This document shows positions 48,876 to 56,840 of a stretch of 64,000 bases of DNA, one piece after another; the stretch's first letter is position 1; every line of letters begins with the position of its first letter. The notes beneath the pieces were generated by a model. It had not been told where the DNA came from, made no database searches, and saw only the letters and a program-made list of their open reading frames with translations. The translations under genes were made by a program, and so were the position numbers. The stretch lies in the NCBI GenBank assembly GCA_002352425.1, contig DEIK01000074.1, forward strand, positions 7,346 through 71,345. The letters run 5' to 3'. The stretch is from Rhodobacteraceae bacterium UBA2776 (GTDB taxonomy: Bacteria; Pseudomonadota; Alphaproteobacteria; Rhodobacterales; Rhodobacteraceae).

Positions 48876-50420
48876 ATGGTACTCCCGACAATCGGAACAC
48901 TTTGGATTGGTCCTGAACTGAGCTGGCTGGAACAGCTGTGTTTGCAATCGTTTTTGGACCACGGGCACGAGGTGGTTTTATACACCTATGGCCAAGTTAA
49001 AGGTGTGCCAAAAGGCGTGAAGATCGCAGACGCAGATGATGTGTTGCCCAGCAAGAGCATCATCCGCCATGCGCGCACAGGTAGCCCTGCTTATCATGCC
49101 GATGTGTTTCGCCTGCATATGTTGAAACAGACGGACTATATATGGGCCGATACTGATGCGTTTTGCTGTCAGCCTTGGGACATTAAAAAGGGCAAGCATT
49201 TTCACGGATGGATTTCCGATAAGAAACCACAGGTGAACAACGGTGTTTTGCGTCTGCCAAAGTCTAGCAAAACGCTGGCGGCGATGATCAAATTCACCAG
49301 TGATGAATATCCGGTTCCGCCGTGGCTGTCCAAGAAGGACAAGGATGAGCTGCAGGCCTTGAAAGACAAGGGCGAGGGCATGCATGTGTCCTTGATGCCG
49401 TGGGGCGTTTGGGGGCCGGATGCGTTGACTTGGTTCCTGAATGACACGGGTGAAATCAAGTATACTCAAGACAAGCATGTGATCTATCCCGTGCCGTTTT
49501 CCATCGCAGGCGTCACCCTTAATCCCAATCGGCGTGACAAGGCCCGTGGGATGATTAAGGATGACACGCTTTCAATCCATTTCTGGGGGCGTCGTTTTAG
49601 AAACATTGCCGCCAAATATGGCGGTGTGCCGCCAAAAGGCAGCTATGTTGCCGAGCTGTGTAAACGTCACAAGATTAACCCCAGGAAAACAGCCCATATG
49701 ATGCAAAAGAAAAATATCGTAGCGCCGATCCAAGATGTGGATTTTTCCATGTTCGATGATGCTGATGTGGCTAACCTCATTTTGCAACGCTCCGAAGTGG
49801 GTGAGGTTGGGCAGGAAATCCGCGATTGGCTGGATGGCAACGACGCACCTTTGCAAAAATACGCTAAGGATAATCGCGATGCAATTTTGAACGAGGCCCT
49901 CGAAGTGGCGCGGCGGGAATGCGAGTTTTTTGTCGAAGCTACGGATGACCCAAAGCCAAAGAAAATTGCAGATATTGGATGTGGGTATGCTTTTGCCGAT
50001 CTGTTTTTGTACAACCGTTACAAATCCAATATTACCTTGATCGACATTGAGGAAAGCAAAGACCGCCATTTTGGCTTTGCAGAATCTGGTTCGGGCTATG
50101 CGAGTCTGGATAAGGCGCAGAAGTTTTTGACCAAAAATGGTGTGCCTAAGCAAAAGATCACGCTGATCAATCCGAATAAGAAAAAGGTTTCCAAGATCGG
50201 CGATTTTGATCTGGCGATTAGTCTGGCCTCTTGTGGGTTTCACTATCCGGTTTCCACCTATGATGGGTTTTTCAGCAGTCAGATAAACGACGGCGGTGCC
50301 GTGGTTTTGGATATCCGCAAAGGTTCGGGTGGGATTGGGGAAATGAAGTCATTTGGCACTGTTGATGTGCTGGCAAAGCACCCGAAATATTCAACGGTTT
50401 TGGCCCGCGCAGATGGTTGA
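48876..50420 (+). CDS. Fusion of DXD-motif glycosyltransferase (GT32-like) and class I SAM methyltransferase
   Basis: LWIG..LS.LEQLCLQSF, ADVFR, WADTD (49149-49157); IADIGCG (49971-49985), IDIE, FDLAIS. Confidence 0.8.
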   Translation: MVLPTIGTLWIGPELSWLEQLCLQSFLDHGHEVVLYTYGQVKGVPKGVKIADADDVLPSKSIIRHARTGSPAYHADVFRLHMLKQTDYIWADTDAFCCQPWDIKKGKHFHGWISDKKPQVNNGVLRLPKSSKTLAAMIKFTSDEYPVPPWLSKKDKDELQALKDKGEGMHVSLMPWGVWGPDALTWFLNDTGEIKYTQDKHVIYPVPFSIAGVTLNPNRRDKARGMIKDDTLSIHFWGRRFRNIAAKYGGVPPKGSYVAELCKRHKINPRKTAHMMQKKNIVAPIQDVDFSMFDDADVANLILQRSEVGEVGQEIRDWLDGNDAPLQKYAKDNRDAILNEALEVARRECEFFVEATDDPKPKKIADIGCGYAFADLFLYNRYKSNITLIDIEESKDRHFGFAESGSGYASLDKAQKFLTKNGVPKQKITLINPNKKKVSKIGDFDLAISLASCGFHYPVSTYDGFFSSQINDGGAVVLDIRKGSGGIGEMKSFGTVDVLAKHPKYSTVLARADG

Positions 50421-51774
50421 GACAAAGACGATTCTTCAGGCGCTTGATCTGGATGAGGTGGGGCGGATCGCTGATATCAATGGCGGCACACCTGATCTGG
50501 CGATTGCGCTACACAACCGATTTGGCAGCAAAATCGACGTGATCTGTTTGGACAGCGAAGGCGGGTATATTGAGCCGGATAAAGATATCCGTAAATATAC
50601 CAAAAAGCTGCAAAAAGCCGGTGTTGAAAAATCAGCTATTCGGTTTGTGACAAAGCAAAGGATGCTCAAATCCTATGACGTGGTCACCACGGTTGGAAAT
50701 TTCGGGTCGCGCTACAAGATCAAGCATATCAAACGTCTGTTTGATAAGGCACTGCACCCGTTATCACGGGTGGTAATTGATATCAAAAAGGGCAGTGGTA
50801 GCTATCCGTTTTTGAACGACTACGGCGGATGCAATACCCTATCAGCGCCAACGCGAGACAGCACAGGTATGGTGGTGATGTCGGTTGAACCCGTGTCCGA
50901 ACCGGCGGGCGAATGGTCTGCGATTGCCAAAAAACTGGCAGGCAAAAAGGGCTTTTTCACTGATTGTGGCGAGCATTCCTTTCTTTACATCCCGCGTGGC
51001 GACACATTGGTTGTGACCTTTGACAACCTTGATATAGCCATGACCAAACGTGATGATCGGCGTCCTTGGGGCTTTGCGTTTATTGAGTCTGAAAACTGGT
51101 CCATGCTGGGCGTTATGGCCAACGGCTGGACATGGTTTCGCGATGGGGCTGTGACGGATGAATTTAATCGTCTACGCGACAGTGGTTTCTTTGATCAATT
51201 CAAGCGCGTGGTGTTTTACGGGGCCTCGATGGGTGGGTACGGCGCTGCGGCTTATTCAGCGGCGGCCAAGGGATCAACTGTATTTGTGATCAGCCCACAA
51301 TCGACGTTGGATAAGGAAATCGTTCCGTGGGAAATGCGCTATAAAAAGGTCTGGGGCCGCGATTTTTCCGGCGAATATGGCGATGCTTCTATCAGCAGTC
51401 AATCGGCTGCCGACGTGCATTTGATGTATGACCCTTATGTTGCGCCCGATACGGGTCATGCCAAACGGTTCACGGGTGAAAATGTTACGCATTGGCGCTG
51501 TCCGTTGCTTGGCCACCGGCTAGGGTCATCCTTGCAGCAAATGGGAATTTTGCAGGAAATCGCGCGCAAATCCATTTTGGGCGAGTTAGACCAGCTGACG
51601 TTTTACAAATTGCTGCGCAAGCGCCACGAATTTCCGCGCTATCAGCGTGAACTGGCCAATCTGGCACTGGATCGAGGCCGCCCTGAATTGGCGCGCCGCG
51701 TTTGTCGCTTTGTATTGGCGCAGCGCAAAGACCGGTTTTTCCAAAAAATGCTGGCCCGTATCGCCAATGATTAG
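50413..51774 (+). CDS. Fusion of degenerate methyltransferase-like domain and alpha/beta hydrolase
   Basis: N-domain aligns by eye with the upstream MTase domain (IADINGG, VVIDIKKGSG); C-domain LVVTFDN and GASMGG nucleophile elbow (51220-51234). Confidence 0.75.
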   Translation: MVETKTILQALDLDEVGRIADINGGTPDLAIALHNRFGSKIDVICLDSEGGYIEPDKDIRKYTKKLQKAGVEKSAIRFVTKQRMLKSYDVVTTVGNFGSRYKIKHIKRLFDKALHPLSRVVIDIKKGSGSYPFLNDYGGCNTLSAPTRDSTGMVVMSVEPVSEPAGEWSAIAKKLAGKKGFFTDCGEHSFLYIPRGDTLVVTFDNLDIAMTKRDDRRPWGFAFIESENWSMLGVMANGWTWFRDGAVTDEFNRLRDSGFFDQFKRVVFYGASMGGYGAAAYSAAAKGSTVFVISPQSTLDKEIVPWEMRYKKVWGRDFSGEYGDASISSQSAADVHLMYDPYVAPDTGHAKRFTGENVTHWRCPLLGHRLGSSLQQMGILQEIARKSILGELDQLTFYKLLRKRHEFPRYQRELANLALDRGRPELARRVCRFVLAQRKDRFFQKMLARIAND

Positions 51775-51849
51775 CATCTGACTTGAGGCGACTTTGTTAA
51801 TCATGATAGGTTATGGACAATAAAGTAACGGATCGAGTAGCGGGATAAT

Positions 51850-52737
51850 ATGCGCACAGATATCAACATCGTTTATCATTTGGGTGCGCCCCACACAGAC
51901 AATGATCAAATTACATGGTCTTTGCGCAAAGACGCGGATTTGCTGGCCGAAAAAGGCGTTATGATGCGCCGCCCTGGGGAATATCGGCAAGTTCTAAAAG
52001 AAATGATCCTTGAATTGAAGGGAGAGGACCCGTCGGTCGTAGATCAGGAGAATCTGCTTTCCGCTATCATCAAAAACCAGCAGGTTGATCGTTTGATTAT
52101 GTCTGATCCCCGGTTTTTGGGAGTGCCTGCGTGGATGCTGTATGGCGGTTCGCTTTATCAAAATGCGGCGAAAAATACGGGGCGCATTCGGGATTTGTTT
52201 CCAGACAACCCCTGCGAGTTTCACCTTGGTATTTCGTGTCCTGCCACCTTTCTTCCAGCGGTTTTTAAGGCTCAAACCGACAAGACCTATGAGCAGTTTA
52301 TTGATGGTTGCGATTTGGCGACCCTTCGGTGGTCCAATGTCATTCGCGAAATCCAAGAGGAAAACCCAGATTGCCCGCTGAATGTGTGGTGCAACGAAGA
52401 TACGCCGATCATTTGGCCGACAATCCTGCGTGAGATCGCGGGACTAGATCCGCAAACACGTCTGGCTGGCGAGTTGGATGTCATTCAGCAAATCATGTCC
52501 GAGGATGGTGTTGCGCTATTGGTCAAATATCTGGACGAGCGGCCCAACCTGACCGAAATTCAACGCCGCCGTGTGCGGGGTATTTTCCTTGAGAAATTCT
52601 TTTTGGATGAGGCAGTTGAAGAAGAAATCGATCTGCCCGGATGGGCGGATGAAACCGTAGATGCGTTAACAGAAATCTACGAAGACGACATTGAACGGAT
52701 CGAGAGCTTGCCGGGTGTAAACTTTATCACGCCCTAA
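51850..52737 (+). CDS. Conserved hypothetical protein, sulfotransferase-like fold suspected
   Basis: IVYHLGAPHT resembles the xHxGxxKT PAPS-binding loop; acidic C-terminus. Confidence 0.6.
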   Translation: MRTDINIVYHLGAPHTDNDQITWSLRKDADLLAEKGVMMRRPGEYRQVLKEMILELKGEDPSVVDQENLLSAIIKNQQVDRLIMSDPRFLGVPAWMLYGGSLYQNAAKNTGRIRDLFPDNPCEFHLGISCPATFLPAVFKAQTDKTYEQFIDGCDLATLRWSNVIREIQEENPDCPLNVWCNEDTPIIWPTILREIAGLDPQTRLAGELDVIQQIMSEDGVALLVKYLDERPNLTEIQRRRVRGIFLEKFFLDEAVEEEIDLPGWADETVDALTEIYEDDIERIESLPGVNFITP

Positions 52738-52778
52738 TCATCACACAGCAGTAAAACTCAATCACAAGGCTTTCAAAC

Positions 52779-53795
52779 ATGCGCACCGCACTCGTTACCG
52801 GATCAGCTGGATTCATCGGATATTTCACCTGTAAACGCTTGCTGGAGGCTGGGTTTCGGGTGATTGGCGTCGATGCGATGACAGATTACTACGATGTGTC
52901 GCTGAAAGAGCGTCGCCATGCGATGTTGTTGCAAGGCCCGAATTTCTCGGCGATCAATGCGCGGATCGAAGAACCCGACATGCTGAAAAACCTGCTGCGC
53001 GATGAGCAGATTGACGTGGTGGTTCACCTCGCAGCGCAAGCTGGCGTGCGCTATTCGATTGAAGATCCGAAGTCCTATGTACAGGCCAATTTGCTGGGTG
53101 CGTATGAGTTGCTTGAGGCGGTGCGCGCCCATAAGCCGGGCCATGTTTTAATGGCATCCACATCATCGGTTTATGGGGCCAACACGCAAATGCCTTATAA
53201 AGAGACCGATAAGGTCGACACTCAAATGTCGTTCTATGCTGCCACCAAAAAAGCGAACGAGGCGATGGCGCATTCCTACGCGCATCTTTACGACATCCCG
53301 ACCACGATGTTCCGGTTTTTCACGGTTTATGGTCCTTGGGGCCGCCCTGATATGGCGCCGATCCGGTTCGCCAAGGCGATTTATGCGGATGAACCTATCG
53401 ATATTTATAACCACGGCAAAATGAAGCGTGATTTTACCTATGTCGAGGATTTGGTCGAGGGTATTTTGCGTCTGATTGATGCGGTGCCAGTGCGGCCTGC
53501 GTCTGAGGACGACATCGAGGAAGGCGACAGCCTGAGTGCGGTTGCACCGTTTCGGCAGGTGAATATCGGCAATGCCGAACCTGTTCCGTTGATGGAGTTC
53601 ATTGCGGCGATGGAATCCGCCATCGGGGTTGAGGCGAAAAAGAACTATATGGATATTCAACCAGGTGATGTGCCGGCCACATGGGCGGACACAGCATTGT
53701 TGAAGCGCTTGACGGGGTATGCCCCTTCGACCAGCGTTCAAACAGGGGCGGCCAAGTTTGTAGAATGGTACAAAGAGCATTATAATCAAGGGTGA
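52779..53795 (+). CDS. UDP-glucuronate 4-epimerase (NAD-dependent SDR)
   Basis: TGSAGFIG, HLAAQAGVRYS, ASTSSVYG, YAATKK, RFFTVYGPWGRPDMA. Confidence 0.88.
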   Translation: MRTALVTGSAGFIGYFTCKRLLEAGFRVIGVDAMTDYYDVSLKERRHAMLLQGPNFSAINARIEEPDMLKNLLRDEQIDVVVHLAAQAGVRYSIEDPKSYVQANLLGAYELLEAVRAHKPGHVLMASTSSVYGANTQMPYKETDKVDTQMSFYAATKKANEAMAHSYAHLYDIPTTMFRFFTVYGPWGRPDMAPIRFAKAIYADEPIDIYNHGKMKRDFTYVEDLVEGILRLIDAVPVRPASEDDIEEGDSLSAVAPFRQVNIGNAEPVPLMEFIAAMESAIGVEAKKNYMDIQPGDVPATWADTALLKRLTGYAPSTSVQTGAAKFVEWYKEHYNQG

Positions 53796-53806
53796 TTGAA
53801 TACCCC

Positions 53807-53835
53807 CTTGCAGACTCACCTATGTTCCCCTATAT
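53807..53835 (+). promoter_or_regulatory. Sigma70-type promoter for rimP-nusA-infB
   Basis: CTTGCA-N17-CTATAT. Confidence 0.7.
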
Positions 53836-53889
53836 CCCTTGACAACAGCGGCGCGCTGGCTTCCACACCCAGCGCCCACCGGAGATTTC

Positions 53890-53913
53890 AACGGGCCGCG
53901 CGCCCGTTTTTTT
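53890..53913 (+). terminator. Intrinsic terminator/attenuator in rimP leader
   Basis: AACGGGC-CGCGC-GCCCGTT followed by a T-run, between the promoter and rimP ATG. Confidence 0.7.
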
Positions 53914-53975
53914 GTGCTTTGAGAAAAGTTAAAAATGCCGGTTTCAAATGCTGCACAAGCTTAAGAAAAGAACAT

Positions 53976-54551
53976 ATGACTGACCTGATCGCCAAAGCCG
54001 CTATCGACCGTAAACTGGCCGAAATTATCCAACCCGTCATCGAGGGTTTGGGGTATGAGTTGGTGCGCGTGCGCATGCAGGGCGGCAAAACCAAATCGAT
54101 GCAAATCATGGCCGAACGCCCCGATGGTGGTATCGAGGTTGATGATTGTGCGAAAATCTCAACCGCTGTGTCGGCCATTTTAGATGTCGAAGACCCGTTT
54201 GAAGACCCTTATGCGCTAGAAGTGTCCAGCCCAGGTATTGATCGCCCGCTGACCCGTTTCAAAGATTTTGATATGTGGAACGGCTATGAGGCCAAGATCG
54301 AGACGGATGAATTGGTTGACGGCCGCCGCCGCTTTAAGGGTGTGTTGGCGGGTGTCAATGATGATGAGATTTTGATCACGATTGACGAGGGCACCATCGG
54401 GCTAAAGTTCGACTGGTTGTCTGATGCAAAGCTTGTTCTGACCGACGGGTTGATCAGCGAAATGTTGCGCCAACGCAAAGCGAGCGGCGACATTGACGAG
54501 AACGATTTTGACGATATTGAAACCACTGATACCGACACCAACGAGGGCTGA
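53976..54551 (+). CDS. rimP: Ribosome maturation factor RimP
   Basis: [20 protein letters not shown]; ATG 53976. Confidence 0.96.
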   Translation: MTDLIAKAAIDRKLAEIIQPVIEGLGYELVRVRMQGGKTKSMQIMAERPDGGIEVDDCAKISTAVSAILDVEDPFEDPYALEVSSPGIDRPLTRFKDFDMWNGYEAKIETDELVDGRRRFKGVLAGVNDDEILITIDEGTIGLKFDWLSDAKLVLTDGLISEMLRQRKASGDIDENDFDDIETTDTDTNEG

Positions 54552-54552
54552 C

Positions 54553-56178
54553 ATGGCTATTACCAGTGCAAACCAACTAGAACTTTTGCAAACCGCCGAG
54601 GCGGTTGCGCGCGAGAAAATGATCGATCCCGAATTGGTGATCGAGGCGATGGAAGAGAGCCTCGCCCGTGCCGCGAAATCGCGTTACGGCATGGAAATGG
54701 ACATTCGTGTGTCTATTGACCGCAAGACAGGCCGCGCCACATTCAAGCGGTTCCGCACCGTGGTTGCCGAAGAAGATCTGGAAAATTACCAAGCCGAGTT
54801 CACAATCGTTCAAGCCGGCGAATATCTGGACAACCCCAGCGTTGGCGACACTTTTGAAGAAGAAGTGCCGCCAGTTGAGATGGGCCGGATCGCGGCGCAA
54901 TCGGCCAAGCAAGTGATCTTGCAAAAGGTGCGCGAAGCCGAGCGTGATCGTCAGTTCGAAGAGTTTCAAGACCGCGCGGGCACCATCATCAACGGTGTGG
55001 TCAAACGCGAAGAGTACGGCAATGTCATTGTTGATGTGGGCCGTGGCGAAGGCATCCTGCGCCGCAATGAGAAAATTGGCCGCGAAAGCTATCGCCCCAA
55101 TGATCGCATTCGTTGCTACATTAAAGATGTGCGTCGCGAAGTCCGCGGTCCGCAGATTTTCCTATCGCGCACCGATCCACAGTTCATGGCCGAACTGTTC
55201 AAAATGGAAGTGCCTGAAATCTACGATAACATCATTGAAATCAAGGCTGTTGCCCGTGACCCGGGCTCGCGCGCCAAAATTGCTGTGATCTCGTATGACG
55301 GCTCCATCGACCCTGTCGGTGCTTGCGTTGGTATGCGCGGTAGCCGTGTTCAGGCCGTCGTGAACGAGTTGCAGGGCGAAAAAATCGACATCATCCCATG
55401 GAATGAAGATGCGCCGACGTTCCTTGTGAACGCGTTGCAGCCTGCCGAAGTGACCAAGGTTGTTTTGGATGAGGAAGCCGAGCGTATTGAGGTTGTTGTT
55501 CCAGACGAACAACTTTCGCTGGCCATTGGCCGCCGTGGTCAAAATGTGCGTCTTGCCAGTCAGCTGACAGGGTTGGACATCGACATTCTGACCGAAGCCG
55601 AAGAATCTGAGCGTCGTCAAAAAGAATTCACCGAACGCACGAGCCTGTTTATGGCGGCGCTTGATGTTGACGAATTTTTCTCGCAACTTTTGGTTGCCGA
55701 AGGTTTCACGTCGCTTGAAGAAGTTGCTTACGTTGAGGTTGAAGAGCTGCTGGTCATCGACGGTGTTGATGAGGCCACAGCTGGTGAACTTCAGGCCCGT
55801 GCGCGGGACAATCTGGAAGCCGCCAACAAACGCGCAATGGATCACGCCCGCGAATTGGGTGTCGAGGATAGCCTTGTGGCATTTGAGGGCCTGACCCCAC
55901 AGATGTTGGAAGCGCTGGGCGAAGATGGCGTTAAAACACTGGAAGATTTCGCGACCTGCGCCGATTGGGAATTGTCTGGCGGCTGGACCACAGTGAATGG
56001 CGAGCGCATCAAAGACGAAGGCGTGCTGGAAAAATTCGATGTGTCACTAGAAGAAGCGCAAAACATGGTTATGACCGCGCGTATTTCACTGGGCTGGGTT
56101 GATCCCGCCGATTTGGTGTCCGAGGAAGACGCAGAGACAGACGAAGACGGCGAAACAACAGCGGAGACTGAGGTCTGA
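54553..56178 (+). CDS. nusA: Transcription termination/antitermination protein NusA
   Basis: GRIAAQSAKQV, ARDPGSRAK, AIGRRGQNVRLA; C-terminal acidic repeats. Confidence 0.98.
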   Translation: MAITSANQLELLQTAEAVAREKMIDPELVIEAMEESLARAAKSRYGMEMDIRVSIDRKTGRATFKRFRTVVAEEDLENYQAEFTIVQAGEYLDNPSVGDTFEEEVPPVEMGRIAAQSAKQVILQKVREAERDRQFEEFQDRAGTIINGVVKREEYGNVIVDVGRGEGILRRNEKIGRESYRPNDRIRCYIKDVRREVRGPQIFLSRTDPQFMAELFKMEVPEIYDNIIEIKAVARDPGSRAKIAVISYDGSIDPVGACVGMRGSRVQAVVNELQGEKIDIIPWNEDAPTFLVNALQPAEVTKVVLDEEAERIEVVVPDEQLSLAIGRRGQNVRLASQLTGLDIDILTEAEESERRQKEFTERTSLFMAALDVDEFFSQLLVAEGFTSLEEVAYVEVEELLVIDGVDEATAGELQARARDNLEAANKRAMDHARELGVEDSLVAFEGLTPQMLEALGEDGVKTLEDFATCADWELSGGWTTVNGERIKDEGVLEKFDVSLEEAQNMVMTARISLGWVDPADLVSEEDAETDEDGETTAETEV

Positions 56179-56201
56179 TCTCAGGCCTCAGGATTTGTTG
56201 A

Positions 56202-56840
56202 ATGACTCGCGGTGGTCAAAACAAAAAACAGGATGCGTCGGAGCGGCGCTGTATCGTCACGGGCGATACACAGCCTAAATCCGGGCTGATCCGGTTTGTT
56301 GTTGGTCCAGATGATCAGATCGTGCCGGACCTGTTGGAAAAACTTCCAGGTCGGGGGATTTGGGTCTCTGCGGATCGCAGTGTGTTGGAGCAAGCCATCA
56401 AAAAGGGGCTTTTTGCGCGCGGCGCAAAGCAGGCGGTAAATGTGCCGGATGGGTTGATTGATGCAGTTGAAGCTGGCCTAACGCGGCGGGTGATTGAATT
56501 GATTTCACTGACCCGCAAATCCAGTCGCGCAGTGATGGGGTATGAAAAGGTCAAAAGCTGGCTGGCGCAAGAACGCGCGCGGGTTTTGATCCAGGCGAGT
56601 GACGGTTCTATACGCGGCAAAACCAAGCTGCGTGCCCCCGAGGGCAACAACAGTTTTATCGGGGTTTTGACGGGGAGCGAATTGGGTTTGGCTTTTGGTC
56701 GGGAAAATGTGATACATGGCGCGCTTGCGGCTGGTGGACTCACAAAACGTGTTGTAGAGGAAGCAGCAAAGCTTAGCGGCTTGCGCAGAAATTCTGGTGG
56801 AAATGCCACCAAGAAGGGTTTGAGGACCACAGATGAGTGA
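56202..56840 (+). CDS. RNA-binding protein, YlxR (DUF448) plus L7Ae-like domain
   Basis: ERRCIVT, LIRFV, PGRGIW; between nusA and infB. Confidence 0.9.
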   Translation: MTRGGQNKKQDASERRCIVTGDTQPKSGLIRFVVGPDDQIVPDLLEKLPGRGIWVSADRSVLEQAIKKGLFARGAKQAVNVPDGLIDAVEAGLTRRVIELISLTRKSSRAVMGYEKVKSWLAQERARVLIQASDGSIRGKTKLRAPEGNNSFIGVLTGSELGLAFGRENVIHGALAAGGLTKRVVEEAAKLSGLRRNSGGNATKKGLRTTDE

